Origin: Solirubrobacterales bacterium
GTDB taxonomy: Bacteria > Actinomycetota > Thermoleophilia > Solirubrobacterales > Solirubrobacteraceae
Direction of reading: 5' to 3'
DNA: 64,000 nt
Assembly (NCBI GenBank): GCA_044446485.1
Contig: JBIOEX010000003.1
Location: forward strand, 18,217 to 82,216
Part shown: positions 29,040-39,750 of the stretch, one piece after another
How positions within the stretch are numbered: the stretch's first letter is position 1
Layout: the number at the start of each line of letters is the position of its first letter
Program-made: the position numbers and the translations under genes
Notes under the pieces: model-generated
Databases searched by the model: none
The model's input: the letters and a program-made list of their open reading frames with translations, nothing else
Told to the model about the DNA's origin: nothing

Positions 29040-29680
29040 GTCAGCTCTCTCGAGAGCAGGCGTACGGCGCCAACCCAGACACCAAGCAGCAGTGCCGCAA
29101 GGACAGGCAGCATCCAGTCGCCGAACAGGGACGCCTTGCCCAAGCCGAACCTGCGGGTGAGCGTCGGCAGCAGCTGCCACCACGATTCCTCCCCGCGCCG
29201 CAGATAGAACAGGCTGATCCTCCCAGGTTGCAACTTTCCGTCGATGACCTCCGAACCGGGATTGACCGAACCACTTTCGCCCCCGAGCGCCACATTGGAG
29301 GAGCCGCCGACGCGTAGGCAGACGCTCGTCGGAGCAGGCGCTCTGCGCACGCGGCTGATCGGGATTGTGACGTAGCCCTCGCGCGCACCAGCCTGTAAGT
29401 GACCGGCGGCGATCTCGGCGCCCGCGGGATCGAGGAAGCGAATCAGCAGATCGGGCACCGGGCGGCCGTAGGTACCGATCAAGACCTGCACGCGTGCCGC
29501 ATCGCCGGACAGGATCGGGGACGGCTGACAGAGCACTCCGCCTCCAGGCACGGTAGCGGCGAATACTGGGGAACTGCTGTGGTCGCTGCCCGCGGTCCGC
29601 GGGGCGCGACCGGACATGTCGAGAATCAGCGTCCCCGCCACCAACACGAGCGCGACGCCAAGCGCTACGCGCACGCGCAT
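29036..29680 (-). CDS. Hypothetical membrane-anchored extracytoplasmic protein
   Basis: N-terminal signal/TM, beta-rich middle, C-terminal TM; coupled to both neighbours. Confidence 0.72.
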   Translation of the reverse strand: MRVRVALGVALVLVAGTLILDMSGRAPRTAGSDHSSSPVFAATVPGGGVLCQPSPILSGDAARVQVLIGTYGRPVPDLLIRFLDPAGAEIAAGHLQAGAREGYVTIPISRVRRAPAPTSVCLRVGGSSNVALGGESGSVNPGSEVIDGKLQPGRISLFYLRRGEESWWQLLPTLTRRFGLGKASLFGDWMLPVLAALLLGVWVGAVRLLSRELT

Positions 29681-29681
29681 G

Positions 29682-30860
29682 TCAGTTCCGGCGCAACCCG
29701 AGAATCGAAAGCAAGAAGGACGAGAAAAAGACCTGCAAACCGACGATCACGAGGGTCGCGGCGACGATCGCCATGCGCTCTTCGGCGAGCGCGCCAAAGC
29801 CGCGGCTGATCCAGTGCACGATGACCACCGTTCCGACAACCACTCCCGCGAGCATGATCGTCCCGCCAAGCGCGAGCCCATGCTCGAGACGAAAGCGAGC
29901 ACGCATGCGATCAAACCACGCATCCTTCTCACCCATGAAGTACGTGCCATACGCGTGCGCACAGAGTCCCATCGCCAGAACCTCGCTACCCACGATCAGC
30001 AGCAGCGAACCGCCGATCAGCGTATGCAGGTCCCAGCGTCGGCCGAGCACGTTGATGCTGGAAAGCACGGTCGCCGACACGAGCGCCCCAAGTCCCATCA
30101 TCAGCAGGCCGGGGATGATGAACAGGTGGGTCGGGCTGTGCACTAGCAAAAAGCGCAGGTGCCGCCAGCCATCCCGAAACGACGAGAGCTTGGATTCACC
30201 GCCTCGCGGGTGATACTCGATCGGCACCTCGCTGATCGCGAGCTTCTGCTTAGAAGCCCGGATCACCATCTCCGAGGCGAACTCCATGCCCGTGGTCCGC
30301 AGATCGAGAAGCGGGAGCACATCGCGTCTGAGCGCGCGCATGCCACAGTGGGCATCGCCCACGCCGGTCCGGAAGAAGAGGTTGAGGATCCCCGTCAGCA
30401 CGGGATTGCCGACGTAGCGGTGCAGCCATGGCATCGCGCCGGGCTTGATGTTGTCCATGCGGTCGCCCATGACCAGCTGGGCGCCTGCCTGCAACTCCGC
30501 GACGAAGCGAGAGATCTCGCCGAAGTCGTAGGTGAGATCGGCGTCGGCCATCACGATGTACTCGCCTCGGGAAGCGGCGAAGCCCGCCCGATAGGCGCTT
30601 CCGTAGCCCCGTCTGGGCTCGAGGATGACCCGTGCGCCGGCCGCCCGCGCGACCTCGGCACTGCGATCCTCAGAGTCGTTGTCGACCACGACCACCTCGC
30701 CGCCGAGTCCGCCTGCCTGCAGCGCGGCGCGTGCGTCGCGGACGCACTGCTCGATGTTCTCCTCCTCGTTCAGGCAGGGGATCACCACGGACACCACGGG
30801 AATGGGTCCGGCAGCCTGTACGTCCGCGGGCGCGGGAGTTGAGTGCTCGACAGTGCTCAT
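29682..30860 (-). CDS. Polyprenol-phosphate glycosyltransferase (DPM/DPG-synthase-like GT2) with C-terminal TMs
   Basis: VVIPCLNEE, RGYGSAY, MADADLTYD, DAHCGMRA, EFASEM, FRDGWRHL. Confidence 0.9.
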   Translation of the reverse strand: MSTVEHSTPAPADVQAAGPIPVVSVVIPCLNEEENIEQCVRDARAALQAGGLGGEVVVVDNDSEDRSAEVARAAGARVILEPRRGYGSAYRAGFAASRGEYIVMADADLTYDFGEISRFVAELQAGAQLVMGDRMDNIKPGAMPWLHRYVGNPVLTGILNLFFRTGVGDAHCGMRALRRDVLPLLDLRTTGMEFASEMVIRASKQKLAISEVPIEYHPRGGESKLSSFRDGWRHLRFLLVHSPTHLFIIPGLLMMGLGALVSATVLSSINVLGRRWDLHTLIGGSLLLIVGSEVLAMGLCAHAYGTYFMGEKDAWFDRMRARFRLEHGLALGGTIMLAGVVVGTVVIVHWISRGFGALAEERMAIVAATLVIVGLQVFFSSFLLSILGLRRN

Positions 30861-30997
30861 GCGAATTCGTTGATGGAGCGCTGCTGCACGCGTCCGATCG
30901 CACAACATGAAACACGCGCCGGAATGAAAAGTGGCGCGCCGAAGGAGCCGACTCTACCGCACCTTCCAGCGGATTCGAGAGCGCGCTTGCGGTGGGC

Positions 30998-31915
30998 TCA
31001 TGCCCAAAAGTCCGGCAGCGCGCTGAGGCGGCGCTTGGCCGCCAGGGGCAGGCGCTTGTGGTTGGCGCCGAGCAGCAGGCCGATCATCTTCGTCGTCTCA
31101 TACACCACCGTGTAGGGAATCCAGCGCCGCTGCCCGGTGCGCCACATCCACTGAAGCTCCCCGCGCGCGTAGCGGATCGCGGCGGCGCGCAGCGCACGCG
31201 CCGACTCCCGCTCGCCCGCGAGGTAGGCGCGATCGGCCGAGGCGCCCGAGTCGAAGAAACGCCTGAACGCGCCACCGAGCGTGTAGTTGTGGGAATGGCG
31301 CACGGCCGCCATGGGCTCGTAGGCCACGGTGAAGCCGTCGAGCAGAATACGCCGGCTCCAGTCCTGATCCTCGCTCATAATGATGTCCTCGACGAACGGG
31401 AACCGCTTCCAGAGCGAGCGGGGCATCGCGGCGTTGACGTTGGAGAAAAGCGTCGTCTCCATCGTCAGCTCGTGCGTGCCCGCAGCCGATTGCCGACGCG
31501 CCTGGGCACCATAGAGGAAGTCTAGAAAGTAGCGCTCCGGCGGTGTCGCCCCGGGATGGGGCAACTGGCGCCCATAGACGCCGCCCACCAGGGACTCCTG
31601 CTCGCGCAGGGGACCGGTCAGATGCTCGAGCCACCGCTCATCGACCGGATGGGCATCCTGGCTGATGAAGACGAGTAGCTCACCGCTCGCCAGGCTCGCC
31701 CCGAGGTTGCGGGCTGAGCCATGGCTGAACTCGGGCGGGGGAATCTCGCGCACGATGGCACCGCGCTTGTGCGCCTCCTCGACGCTTGTGTCTGTGGAGC
31801 CAGAGTCAATGACGACTATCTCAACCTCGTCGTCGATGACCTGAGCGCCGATGCCCTGCAGGCAGCGCACAAGGTCGCTTCCACCGTCCTTCACCGGGAT
31901 CACGATCGAGATCAC
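30998..31915 (-). CDS. GT2 glycosyltransferase (rhamnosyltransferase-like)
   Basis: SIVIPVKDG, DSGSTD, FSHGSARN, SQDA, SEDQ, HSHNY; resembles N-terminal domain of 25357-27498. Confidence 0.88.
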   Translation of the reverse strand: MISIVIPVKDGGSDLVRCLQGIGAQVIDDEVEIVVIDSGSTDTSVEEAHKRGAIVREIPPPEFSHGSARNLGASLASGELLVFISQDAHPVDERWLEHLTGPLREQESLVGGVYGRQLPHPGATPPERYFLDFLYGAQARRQSAAGTHELTMETTLFSNVNAAMPRSLWKRFPFVEDIIMSEDQDWSRRILLDGFTVAYEPMAAVRHSHNYTLGGAFRRFFDSGASADRAYLAGERESARALRAAAIRYARGELQWMWRTGQRRWIPYTVVYETTKMIGLLLGANHKRLPLAAKRRLSALPDFWA

Positions 31916-32037
31916 GCGGCGACACGATAAGGCGCGACGACGATCGCCGGGCTCGCGCGGCTAGCCGAGTACGCCTCAGACGCTTGTCGATAGCCGCTAG
32001 TAGAATGTCCGGCCGTGACGCATACTGGACTATCTTG

Positions 32038-33000
32038 ATGTCAGATAGCTTGCGTGAGCGGCGCGATGCGCTGATTGCGCGCGATGGGCCGTGGACCGGA
32101 TCCCCGATCGCGTTGCCGGACGGGATGGCGACGCACGATGTGCCTGTTCTTGGCGATGAGCGGCTTCGGCGGATAGTGCAAGTAGTCGCCGACCTTTCCT
32201 CGAAGCCTCTCGACGAGCTTCGCGTGCTTGACCTTGCTTGCTTCGAGGGACAGTACGCGATCGAGTTCGCTTTGCAGGGCGCGGAGGTAGTTGGGATTGA
32301 GGGACGCGAGGCCAACCTTGCCAAGGCCCATTTCAGCGCTGAGGCACATGGACTCGAGCGACTCAGCCTGGTCCGCGGCGACGTACGTGACCTGCGGCGA
32401 GAGCAGTTTGGCGGCTTTGACGTGGTTCTCTGCCTCGGCCTGCTATACCACCTCGACTTCCCAGAGGCGATCCGATTCCTCGAGCATGTCGCTGAGGTCT
32501 GTGACTGCCTCGCGATCTTTGACACGCATGTCAACCTCGGCTTCAGACGCATTGTCCGGGATGGCGGGCGCACCTATTGGGGACGTCCATACGTCGAGCA
32601 CAGTTCTCGTGCTGATGCGTCGGAGATGGAGCAATCGCGATGGGCGTCGCTTGACAATGCGCGCAGTTTCTGGTTCACACGAGCGTCCCTGATCAATGCT
32701 CTCGTGGACGTCGGCTTTACAAGCGTGTACGAGTGCGAGGTTCCCCCCGAGGCGACCAAGCCAGCAGACCGCCGCACGTTCGTTGCAATCAAGGGCAAAC
32801 GCACGCCCCTTCGCACCACTCCGGGGTTCGATCAGCAGGAGTGGGAGCGCGTCCCAGAGCGCCGGTCTCGAACACTGCTGCTGCGCAACCATGCCCCGGG
32901 CACAAATCTGATTAAGCGTGTGTTTCTCGATCTACGCACGCTGAACGCCCGCCGTACCTCGAGGGGATACGGTCGACGCTCATACGGTCGACATCGCTGA
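32038..33000 (+). CDS. Class I SAM methyltransferase
   Basis: VLDLACFEG, GIEGR, FDVVLCLGLLYHL. Confidence 0.85.
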   Translation: MSDSLRERRDALIARDGPWTGSPIALPDGMATHDVPVLGDERLRRIVQVVADLSSKPLDELRVLDLACFEGQYAIEFALQGAEVVGIEGREANLAKAHFSAEAHGLERLSLVRGDVRDLRREQFGGFDVVLCLGLLYHLDFPEAIRFLEHVAEVCDCLAIFDTHVNLGFRRIVRDGGRTYWGRPYVEHSSRADASEMEQSRWASLDNARSFWFTRASLINALVDVGFTSVYECEVPPEATKPADRRTFVAIKGKRTPLRTTPGFDQQEWERVPERRSRTLLLRNHAPGTNLIKRVFLDLRTLNARRTSRGYGRRSYGRHR

Positions 33001-33042
33001 GATGGGAGGTAGCAGGGCTCGCGCCGCTACTCTGGCTCAGCG

Positions 33043-34023
33043 ATGGCCGAACCCACCATCTCGGTAGTGGTCGTCGCCTACCGCCAGCAGGCGGCACTGG
33101 CCGACTGCCTACAGTCTTGCCTGGAGGCGACCGTGGCGGTGCCCGGTGGTGTCGAGCTGATCGTCGTCGACAACGGTGGCCTTGCCCCCCTCATACGCGA
33201 GCACTGGCCGGACGTCCGGCTGATCGAGTCCGGCAGCAACGTCGGTTTCGCGGGCGGTGTGAAGCGCGGCGTGGCCGTGGCAAGGGGGAAATGGGTGGCG
33301 CTTGTGAACGACGACGCCCGCATCGAGCGCGACGCGCTGGCTCGGTTGCTCGCCGCCGGCGAGCGGGATGAGCGGATTGGCTCGATTGCCGCGCAGGTTC
33401 GCTTCCACTCCAATCCCGCCTTGATCAACTCCGCCGGCATTGAGGTCGACTCGCTGGGCATCGCCACGGAGCGACTCTCAGGGCGCCCGTCGACAGAGGC
33501 ACAGCATGCATGCGAGGTCTTTGGTGCCAGCGGTTGCTTCGCGCTCTACCGGGCGGCCATGTTCAATACGCTCGGCGGCCTGGACGAGCGCTTCTTCGCC
33601 TACCTCGAGGACGTCGACCTGGCCTGGCGCGCGCGCGCCGCGGGCTGGATCGCCGTATATGAGCCGTCAGCCGTCGCCCACCACCACGGCTCTGCAAGTT
33701 CCGGTGAGGGATCGCAGAGGAAGTACTTCCTGGTGGGACGCAATCGCGTGCGGCTGCTGGCGCGCAACGCAACGACGACACAGCTCATGCGCGCGCTGGG
33801 AGGAATCCTGCTGTACGACAGCGCCTACGTCGTCTACGTGGCGCTCACCGACCGCACGCTCGCCCCGCTATGGGGTCGCCTGGAGGGCCTGCGCGAATGG
33901 CGCTCGCTGCGTGACGAGGGCCGTGCCTGGCGTGGAGCAGTGAAGCTCGAACCGGCCACACGCGGATGGCTAGGGGCGCTGCGCCAGCACCGCGCCTACA
34001 GCCGTCTCGGCGCCTCCTCCTGA
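33043..34023 (+). CDS. GT2 glycosyltransferase (WbbL/WfgS-like)
   Basis: VVDNG, NVGFAGG, LVNDDA, FFAYLEDVDLAWR. Confidence 0.9.
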   Translation: MAEPTISVVVVAYRQQAALADCLQSCLEATVAVPGGVELIVVDNGGLAPLIREHWPDVRLIESGSNVGFAGGVKRGVAVARGKWVALVNDDARIERDALARLLAAGERDERIGSIAAQVRFHSNPALINSAGIEVDSLGIATERLSGRPSTEAQHACEVFGASGCFALYRAAMFNTLGGLDERFFAYLEDVDLAWRARAAGWIAVYEPSAVAHHHGSASSGEGSQRKYFLVGRNRVRLLARNATTTQLMRALGGILLYDSAYVVYVALTDRTLAPLWGRLEGLREWRSLRDEGRAWRGAVKLEPATRGWLGALRQHRAYSRLGASS

Positions 34024-34042
34024 GCGCGCTCGCGTCGGACGC

Positions 34043-35326
34043 CTAGGCTCGGGCTCTGCCGCACCGCTCGATCGCCTTCTCGATCACAGCCGCCATCTGC
34101 TCGGCGAGAGCGGGGGAGGCATAGCGCTCGACCGAGCGCGGTGCGTACTCGCGTTGCAATGCGCCGTCGAGCGTGTCGGCGAGCGCGCCCGCGATCCCCT
34201 CGACGTCGTCGGGCGCCACCAGCCTGCCGATGTTCGTCTCGGCGACGATCCGGGCGGCCTCGTTGCCCTCGGCGAGCGCGAGGACGGGGCGGCCCGATGC
34301 CATGTACTCGTAGAGCTTGCCGGTCGCCTCGCAACGGTCGCGCGAGGTGATCAACAACAGCGCGTCGGCGCCGCGTTGCAACTTCAACGCCTCCGGCCGC
34401 GGCATGTATCCGACGTGGTGCACCAAGTCCCCGACGCCCTCTGACTCCACCAGCGCGCGCTCGTCCTCCTCGGAGCGTCCGGCGACGACGAGCCGAAGCC
34501 GTCCTCGCAGGCTCCGGTCGCGCTCGGCGAGCAGGCGCAACGCGCGCAGCAGGGGGCGCGGGTCGCGCCCCCGCGGGCCGCTCAATGCGCCTGTGTGGAC
34601 CAGCGTGAAGGCGCCGGAGTCGCCGTCTGGGCCGCCTGCGCGGTGCTCGCCGGCGAGCTCGGGGTCGAAGCCGTTCGTGACCAGCTCGGCCGGTACGCCG
34701 AGCCGCGTCGCGAAGTCTTCGGCTATCGGCGCCGTGACACCCACGACAGCGTCGGCCGCGCGCACTACGCGAGCCTCCAGACGCCGGTCGAGGCCGCGTT
34801 GGAGCGCCGTGGGGAAGCGCGGGCGCAGCGGCTCGAACCCCCAGCCGTCGCGGAAGTCCGCGACCCACGCGGTGCTTGCGCGCGGGACGGTCAGACCGAG
34901 CGTGTGCGTCGACTCGGACGGGCTGCTCGTGATCAGGCAGTCCACCGGACGGCGGCGTAACTCGCGCCTGATGGCGCGCCACGCATAGCCGCCCCAGCTC
35001 ACCAGCCAGGGGTCCGGGACGACGAGCTTCCACTGCCACGTCTCCATCACGCCGCCCGGCACCTCTTGCATCCCCTGCCCCTGGACCTGCTCCTCATCAC
35101 CACGGCGCAGCAGCACGCGTCGCAGCAGCGGGCTCGAGTTGAGGTTCCCCGTACGGATCACGCCCTCGGACTCGCCGGCCGGGTGTCCGGGCGGAGCCGC
35201 GGTGAGCACCGTCACGTCATGGCCGATCCGGCGCAGGTACTTGACCATCGCCGCCCACCTGTTCGACCCCGACCCGGGCTGGGGCGGGTAGTAGTACGTG
35301 ACGACGAGCAGCCGCCGGGCGCTCAC
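34043..35326 (-). CDS. GT4 glycosyltransferase
   Basis: VTYYYPP, ADFRDGW, VTNGFD, GKLYEYMASGRPVL; GTG 35326 chosen. Confidence 0.88.
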   Translation of the reverse strand: MSARRLLVVTYYYPPQPGSGSNRWAAMVKYLRRIGHDVTVLTAAPPGHPAGESEGVIRTGNLNSSPLLRRVLLRRGDEEQVQGQGMQEVPGGVMETWQWKLVVPDPWLVSWGGYAWRAIRRELRRRPVDCLITSSPSESTHTLGLTVPRASTAWVADFRDGWGFEPLRPRFPTALQRGLDRRLEARVVRAADAVVGVTAPIAEDFATRLGVPAELVTNGFDPELAGEHRAGGPDGDSGAFTLVHTGALSGPRGRDPRPLLRALRLLAERDRSLRGRLRLVVAGRSEEDERALVESEGVGDLVHHVGYMPRPEALKLQRGADALLLITSRDRCEATGKLYEYMASGRPVLALAEGNEAARIVAETNIGRLVAPDDVEGIAGALADTLDGALQREYAPRSVERYASPALAEQMAAVIEKAIERCGRARA

Positions 35327-35434
35327 GACTCTGCCGATCCGCACACGCGCTGAGCATATCCACCACATCTCCCCCTCAGGGGCCGTGTTGCTAGCGTAGG
35401 CAGCCCGGGTGGCGCTGCCTCCGGCAGAGCAACC

Positions 35435-37396
35435 ATGTGCGGAATCGCCGGCATCATCTCCCCCGCACGACCCGACGCCGGCAGGCTTGCGGCGATGGGC
35501 GACGCGCTCGCTCATCGCGGTCCCGACGGCGAGGGCTTCCTCGTCAGCGACCTGCGCGAGCCGCTGCGGATGACGCGCCGCCCGCGTCAGCCGGAGGACT
35601 CGCGCGGGGTGACGGTCGGGCTCGCCCACCGGCGCCTGTCGATCATCGACCTATCCACCTCCAACGATCAACCGTTCGTGGACGCGACCGGAGACCACGC
35701 AATCGCGCACAACGGCGAGATCTACAACTACCTGGAGCTGCGCGCCGAGCTGGAAGCCGGCGGCTGCACGTTCCAGACCAGCGGCGACACCGAGGTGACG
35801 CTCGAGGCTTACAAGCGCTGGGGGCCGAGCTGCTTCGAGCGCTTCGTCGGCATGTGGGCAGTCGCGATCCTCGACCGTCGGGCACGCACACTGACGCTCA
35901 GCCGCGACCGCTTCGGCATCAAGCCGCTCTACTGGACGCTGGCCGGGGAGCAGCTGCTGTTCGCGTCCGAGATCAAGGGGCTGCTCGCCTCCGGTCTCGT
36001 GCGCGCCGAACCCGACGACCAGACCGTCGCGCGCTACCTGATCTCCGGGCGCCTGGAGGTTGACGAGTCGACTTTCCTGGCCGGGATCGAGAAGCTGCCG
36101 GCGGCGAGCACCGCCGTGATCGAGATCGACGCTCCGTCGCTTGCCCCGCGGCCGCGCAGCTACTGGTCGCTGCCCCACCCCGAGCCTGGTTCGATCGGAG
36201 ACATGCCGGAGGCCAAGGTCCGGGCGGCGCTAGAGGACGCAATCCGGATCCATCTGCGCAGCGACGTCGCCGTCGGGACATGCCTCAGCGGGGGCATCGA
36301 CTCCTCCGGCATCGTCGCGCTCGCCGACACGCTGCGCGGCGACGGGGTCGCACAGACACTGACCCACATCGCGTTCGGGTACGTGCCACCCGAGCGCGAG
36401 CTCTCCGAGCGGCGCTTCATGGAGGCAGTCGCCGACCGCTGCGACGTCGAGCTGACCGGCGTCGAACCGACCCGCGAGGAGTTCCTTGACGCGCTGCCCT
36501 CCGTGATCGCGGACCAGGACGAGCCATTCGGCTCCGCCAGCATCGCCGCGCAGTGGTTCGTGTTTCGCGCCGCGCGCGACGCTGGTGTCAAGGTGATGCT
36601 CGACGGGCAGGGCGCGGATGAGGTCTTCGGCGGCTATCACGGCTATTTGACGATGATGGCGGAGGGGCTGCTGCTGGGAGGCAGGCCCAGGGAGTTCGTC
36701 CGCCTGATGCGCGACTGCGACTCCACTATCGGCGGGCACCCGTACCCGCTGGGCTTCGCCCTCGCGGCGATGGCGCCGCGACGGGTAAGGATCGGGATGG
36801 CGGATGGCCTCGCGGCGCTCAGGCGCCGCCGGGCGGCGACGCGGGTGGTCGGCGCCGGGCACGTCTCGCAGAGGCTGCACGACCTGATGCCCAAGCGAAG
36901 CTTCGAGACCAGGCTCGACCCGGACGAGCTGCTGAGGGCCGACGTGCAGTCGATGAGCCTTCCCGGCCTGCTGCGCTATGAGGACCGCAACTCGATGGCC
37001 CACTCGATCGAGGCCCGCGTGCCATATCTTGACCACCGTCTCGTGGAGCTTGCGTTCCGCATGCCGGCGCTCGAGCGAATGCGCGGCGGGATGCCCAAGC
37101 AGGTTCTGCGCGGCGCGCTCGCCGACGTACTGCCAGACGCCGTCATGCAGCGGCGCGACAAGATCGGCTTCCGGGCGAGCCCGTCGGCGACCTGGGAGCT
37201 CGCGCGACGGGAGCGGGAGAGCCTGATCGAGCCGGGCAGCGACGTCGAGCGCCGCTGGTTTCAGGCGGACGAGGTCGCTCGCCTGATCGACTCGCCCAAT
37301 CCGACCGCCGATGTCGAGTTCGCGCTCTGGCGCGTCATCAACACGAAGCTATGGGCGCGCGGGCTGTGGGGCGAGAGGGGCGGCCTCGGCTCCTGA
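35435..37396 (+). CDS. asnB: Asparagine synthetase B-like glutamine amidotransferase (probably uronate amidation)
   Basis: MCGIAG, HRGPD, HRRLSIID, NGEIYN, LSGGIDSS, GQGADE, EARVPYLD. Confidence 0.92.
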   Translation: MCGIAGIISPARPDAGRLAAMGDALAHRGPDGEGFLVSDLREPLRMTRRPRQPEDSRGVTVGLAHRRLSIIDLSTSNDQPFVDATGDHAIAHNGEIYNYLELRAELEAGGCTFQTSGDTEVTLEAYKRWGPSCFERFVGMWAVAILDRRARTLTLSRDRFGIKPLYWTLAGEQLLFASEIKGLLASGLVRAEPDDQTVARYLISGRLEVDESTFLAGIEKLPAASTAVIEIDAPSLAPRPRSYWSLPHPEPGSIGDMPEAKVRAALEDAIRIHLRSDVAVGTCLSGGIDSSGIVALADTLRGDGVAQTLTHIAFGYVPPERELSERRFMEAVADRCDVELTGVEPTREEFLDALPSVIADQDEPFGSASIAAQWFVFRAARDAGVKVMLDGQGADEVFGGYHGYLTMMAEGLLLGGRPREFVRLMRDCDSTIGGHPYPLGFALAAMAPRRVRIGMADGLAALRRRRAATRVVGAGHVSQRLHDLMPKRSFETRLDPDELLRADVQSMSLPGLLRYEDRNSMAHSIEARVPYLDHRLVELAFRMPALERMRGGMPKQVLRGALADVLPDAVMQRRDKIGFRASPSATWELARRERESLIEPGSDVERRWFQADEVARLIDSPNPTADVEFALWRVINTKLWARGLWGERGGLGS

Positions 37397-38533
37397 GGGG
37401 CGCGCGAGCGCGCCCGCGACGAGCGTCCGCATGATCTCGCCGTTGCGCTCGGCGCTCAGCTCGTCCGCCGCGCGATCGGCGGCCTGCTTGAGCTCCACGA
37501 CCCGCGTCGCGTCCAACGCCTGCAGCCGGGCGAGCAACGCCTGCGGCTCGAAGGAGTCGGCGACGAGCCCGAACCCGTGCCTGGATGCGATGTCCGCCAT
37601 CGCGGGCGAGGGCCCGATCGCCACCGCCAGGCGCGCCTGCACGAAGTCGAAGAACTTGTTTGGGAGCGCGTAGAGGTTGTTGAAGTTCGTCGGCGCCAGC
37701 AGGTAGAGACCTACGTCGTAGCGGTTGAGCTCCGTCACGATCGTGTCCATCGGCAGCGGCGCGTTGAGGCGGATGCGGGGGTAGTCCTGCATGCGAGCCG
37801 AAAGCTCGCTTAGATAGGCCTCCTCGCCGACGAGGTAGAGGTCGAGCGTGAAGCGCTCGTCGAGCTGCTTGGCCAGGTCGATCATCTGCTCGATGCGCCG
37901 CCCGCGCATGGCCACCCCATGGTGGACCAGGCGAATGCGCCCTGGCTCCAGCTCGCTCGGGGTGCACGTCGCCTTGCGTGCCGCGTTGGTGACGACCGCT
38001 GGACGCCGGCCGTACCGCTGCTCGTAGGCGTCGGCGATCGGCTCGTTGACCGTGACGAGCTCCGCCGCGAGCGGCAGATAGCGCCGTAGCAGCCTCCTCA
38101 GCTGAGGCGCGACGAGCAGCCGCCACAGCAGGTGCTCCTCGTGCTCGCGCAGCGCGTACTCGTGCAGGTCGATGACGACAGGCGCCCCCTTCGCCGCGTC
38201 GAACGCGAGCGGCACCGCGCTCATGTCGTTGGCGACCACCACGTCCGGTTCGACGCCGGCGAGCACCTTGCGCCATCCGGCGTGACCCGGCTCCGTCCAA
38301 TACGCGCGGACGTCGGCGCCCACGGTGCGCAGGATCTCCATCGCGAGCCTGCCCCAGATCCAGCGCGGGCTCATCCTCGGCAGCTGATCGAGCCGAATGA
38401 AGCCGACCCCCTCGCGTGGCTCGCCGAAGCCCGCGGCGATCACGTCGTGCTCGACGGAGAGGAACTCGATCTGCCGGTCCACCCGGGCGTCGCGGCCGAG
38501 GTCGCTGGCTGAGATGACTAGCACGCGCGCCAC
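37349..38533 (-). CDS. GT-B glycosyltransferase
   Basis: DARVDRQ, DLHEY, LVHHG, ALPNKFFDFVQARL. Confidence 0.85.
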   Translation of the reverse strand: MARVLVISASDLGRDARVDRQIEFLSVEHDVIAAGFGEPREGVGFIRLDQLPRMSPRWIWGRLAMEILRTVGADVRAYWTEPGHAGWRKVLAGVEPDVVVANDMSAVPLAFDAAKGAPVVIDLHEYALREHEEHLLWRLLVAPQLRRLLRRYLPLAAELVTVNEPIADAYEQRYGRRPAVVTNAARKATCTPSELEPGRIRLVHHGVAMRGRRIEQMIDLAKQLDERFTLDLYLVGEEAYLSELSARMQDYPRIRLNAPLPMDTIVTELNRYDVGLYLLAPTNFNNLYALPNKFFDFVQARLAVAIGPSPAMADIASRHGFGLVADSFEPQALLARLQALDATRVVELKQAADRAADELSAERNGEIMRTLVAGALARPSGAEAAPLAPQPARP

Positions 38534-38555
38534 TGGGCGAGAGACTACGTCAGCG

Positions 38556-39689
38556 TCAGCCGGGCGTCGCGGCGGCGGCCGTGCGCAGGACCTGTTCGAG
38601 CGCCGCAGCGATCAGCTCGATGTCCTCGTCGCGGAGGTGCTCGTGCAACGGCAGCGCCAGCGTACGCTCGGCGAGGACCCGGCTCGCGGGCAGGCCGTCC
38701 GCCCCTCCACAGTCCCTTGCGCTGAACGCCGGCTCGAGATGCAACGCGTAGGTGCCGAGCGTCGACTCGACACCCAGCTCGCGTAGCACGGCGATCGTGC
38801 GGTCACGGTCGATCCGGGCGTCCAGCACCACCACATAAGCCTGATAGGGGTGCAGGTGGCGGGCCGGCACCTTCTGAGGGCGAACGCCGGCGAGCCCGGC
38901 GAGTCGTTCCGTGAGACGCGCTGCCAGCGCGCGGCGACGCGCGAGCACCTCCGCATAGCGCGGGAGTTGCACCAACCCGAGCGCGGCGTTGATGTCGCTC
39001 ATACGGTAGTTGAAGCCTGGTTCGACGAAGCTCGACCGCCATCCGTCGCGCTCGCTTCCATGGTTGCGAAGGCGGCGCAGGCGCTCTGCGAGATCGCCGT
39101 CGTTCGTGCTCACCATTCCGCCCTCACCCGTGGTCAGCGACTTGCGCGGGTGAAAGCTGAAGCAGGAGGCGGCTCCGAAGCCGCCCGTACGCCGTCCGTC
39201 GATCTCGCCGCCCAGCGAGCAGGCTGCATCGCAGATGAGCGTGATCCCGCGATCGCTGAGCAGCGATTCGATCGTCGCGTAGTCAGCGGGCAGGCCGAAC
39301 ACGTCGACCGCGATCACGGCCTTCGGGTTCTCATCGAGCGCGCTCTCCAGCGCTCCGACATCGACGCAGTAGGTCTCGGGGTCGGCCTCCACCAGACGCA
39401 GCCGAGCGCCGCGTTGCAGAACCGCGTTACCGGTCGCCGGATAGGTGAAGTCGGGCGCCAGCACGAGGTCCCCCGGACCGATGTCGTGAGCTGCGAGCGC
39501 GAGTTCGATCGCCGTCGTCGCCGAGGTCGTGGCGATCGCGTGCTCGACCCCGCAGAAGGCAGCCATGGCCTGCTCGAACTCAGCCACGACGGGCCCCTGG
39601 GTGAGGTGTCCGCTGGCGAGCACCCGCCCCACTGCGGCGAGGGCGTCCTCGCCGAAGACCGGCTTTGCAAGGCGCAGCACCTGAGCCAT
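38556..39689 (-). CDS. DegT-family sugar aminotransferase (WbpE-like)
   Basis: DAACSLG, FSFHPRK, TGEGG, GFNYRMSD. Confidence 0.92.
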   Translation of the reverse strand: MAQVLRLAKPVFGEDALAAVGRVLASGHLTQGPVVAEFEQAMAAFCGVEHAIATTSATTAIELALAAHDIGPGDLVLAPDFTYPATGNAVLQRGARLRLVEADPETYCVDVGALESALDENPKAVIAVDVFGLPADYATIESLLSDRGITLICDAACSLGGEIDGRRTGGFGAASCFSFHPRKSLTTGEGGMVSTNDGDLAERLRRLRNHGSERDGWRSSFVEPGFNYRMSDINAALGLVQLPRYAEVLARRRALAARLTERLAGLAGVRPQKVPARHLHPYQAYVVVLDARIDRDRTIAVLRELGVESTLGTYALHLEPAFSARDCGGADGLPASRVLAERTLALPLHEHLRDEDIELIAAALEQVLRTAAAATPG

Positions 39690-39750
39690 GTTTGCAGGTC
39701 ACGCTGCCGTCTCGCGAGCGACTCGGACGGCGCGGCCTATCCTTCCCACC

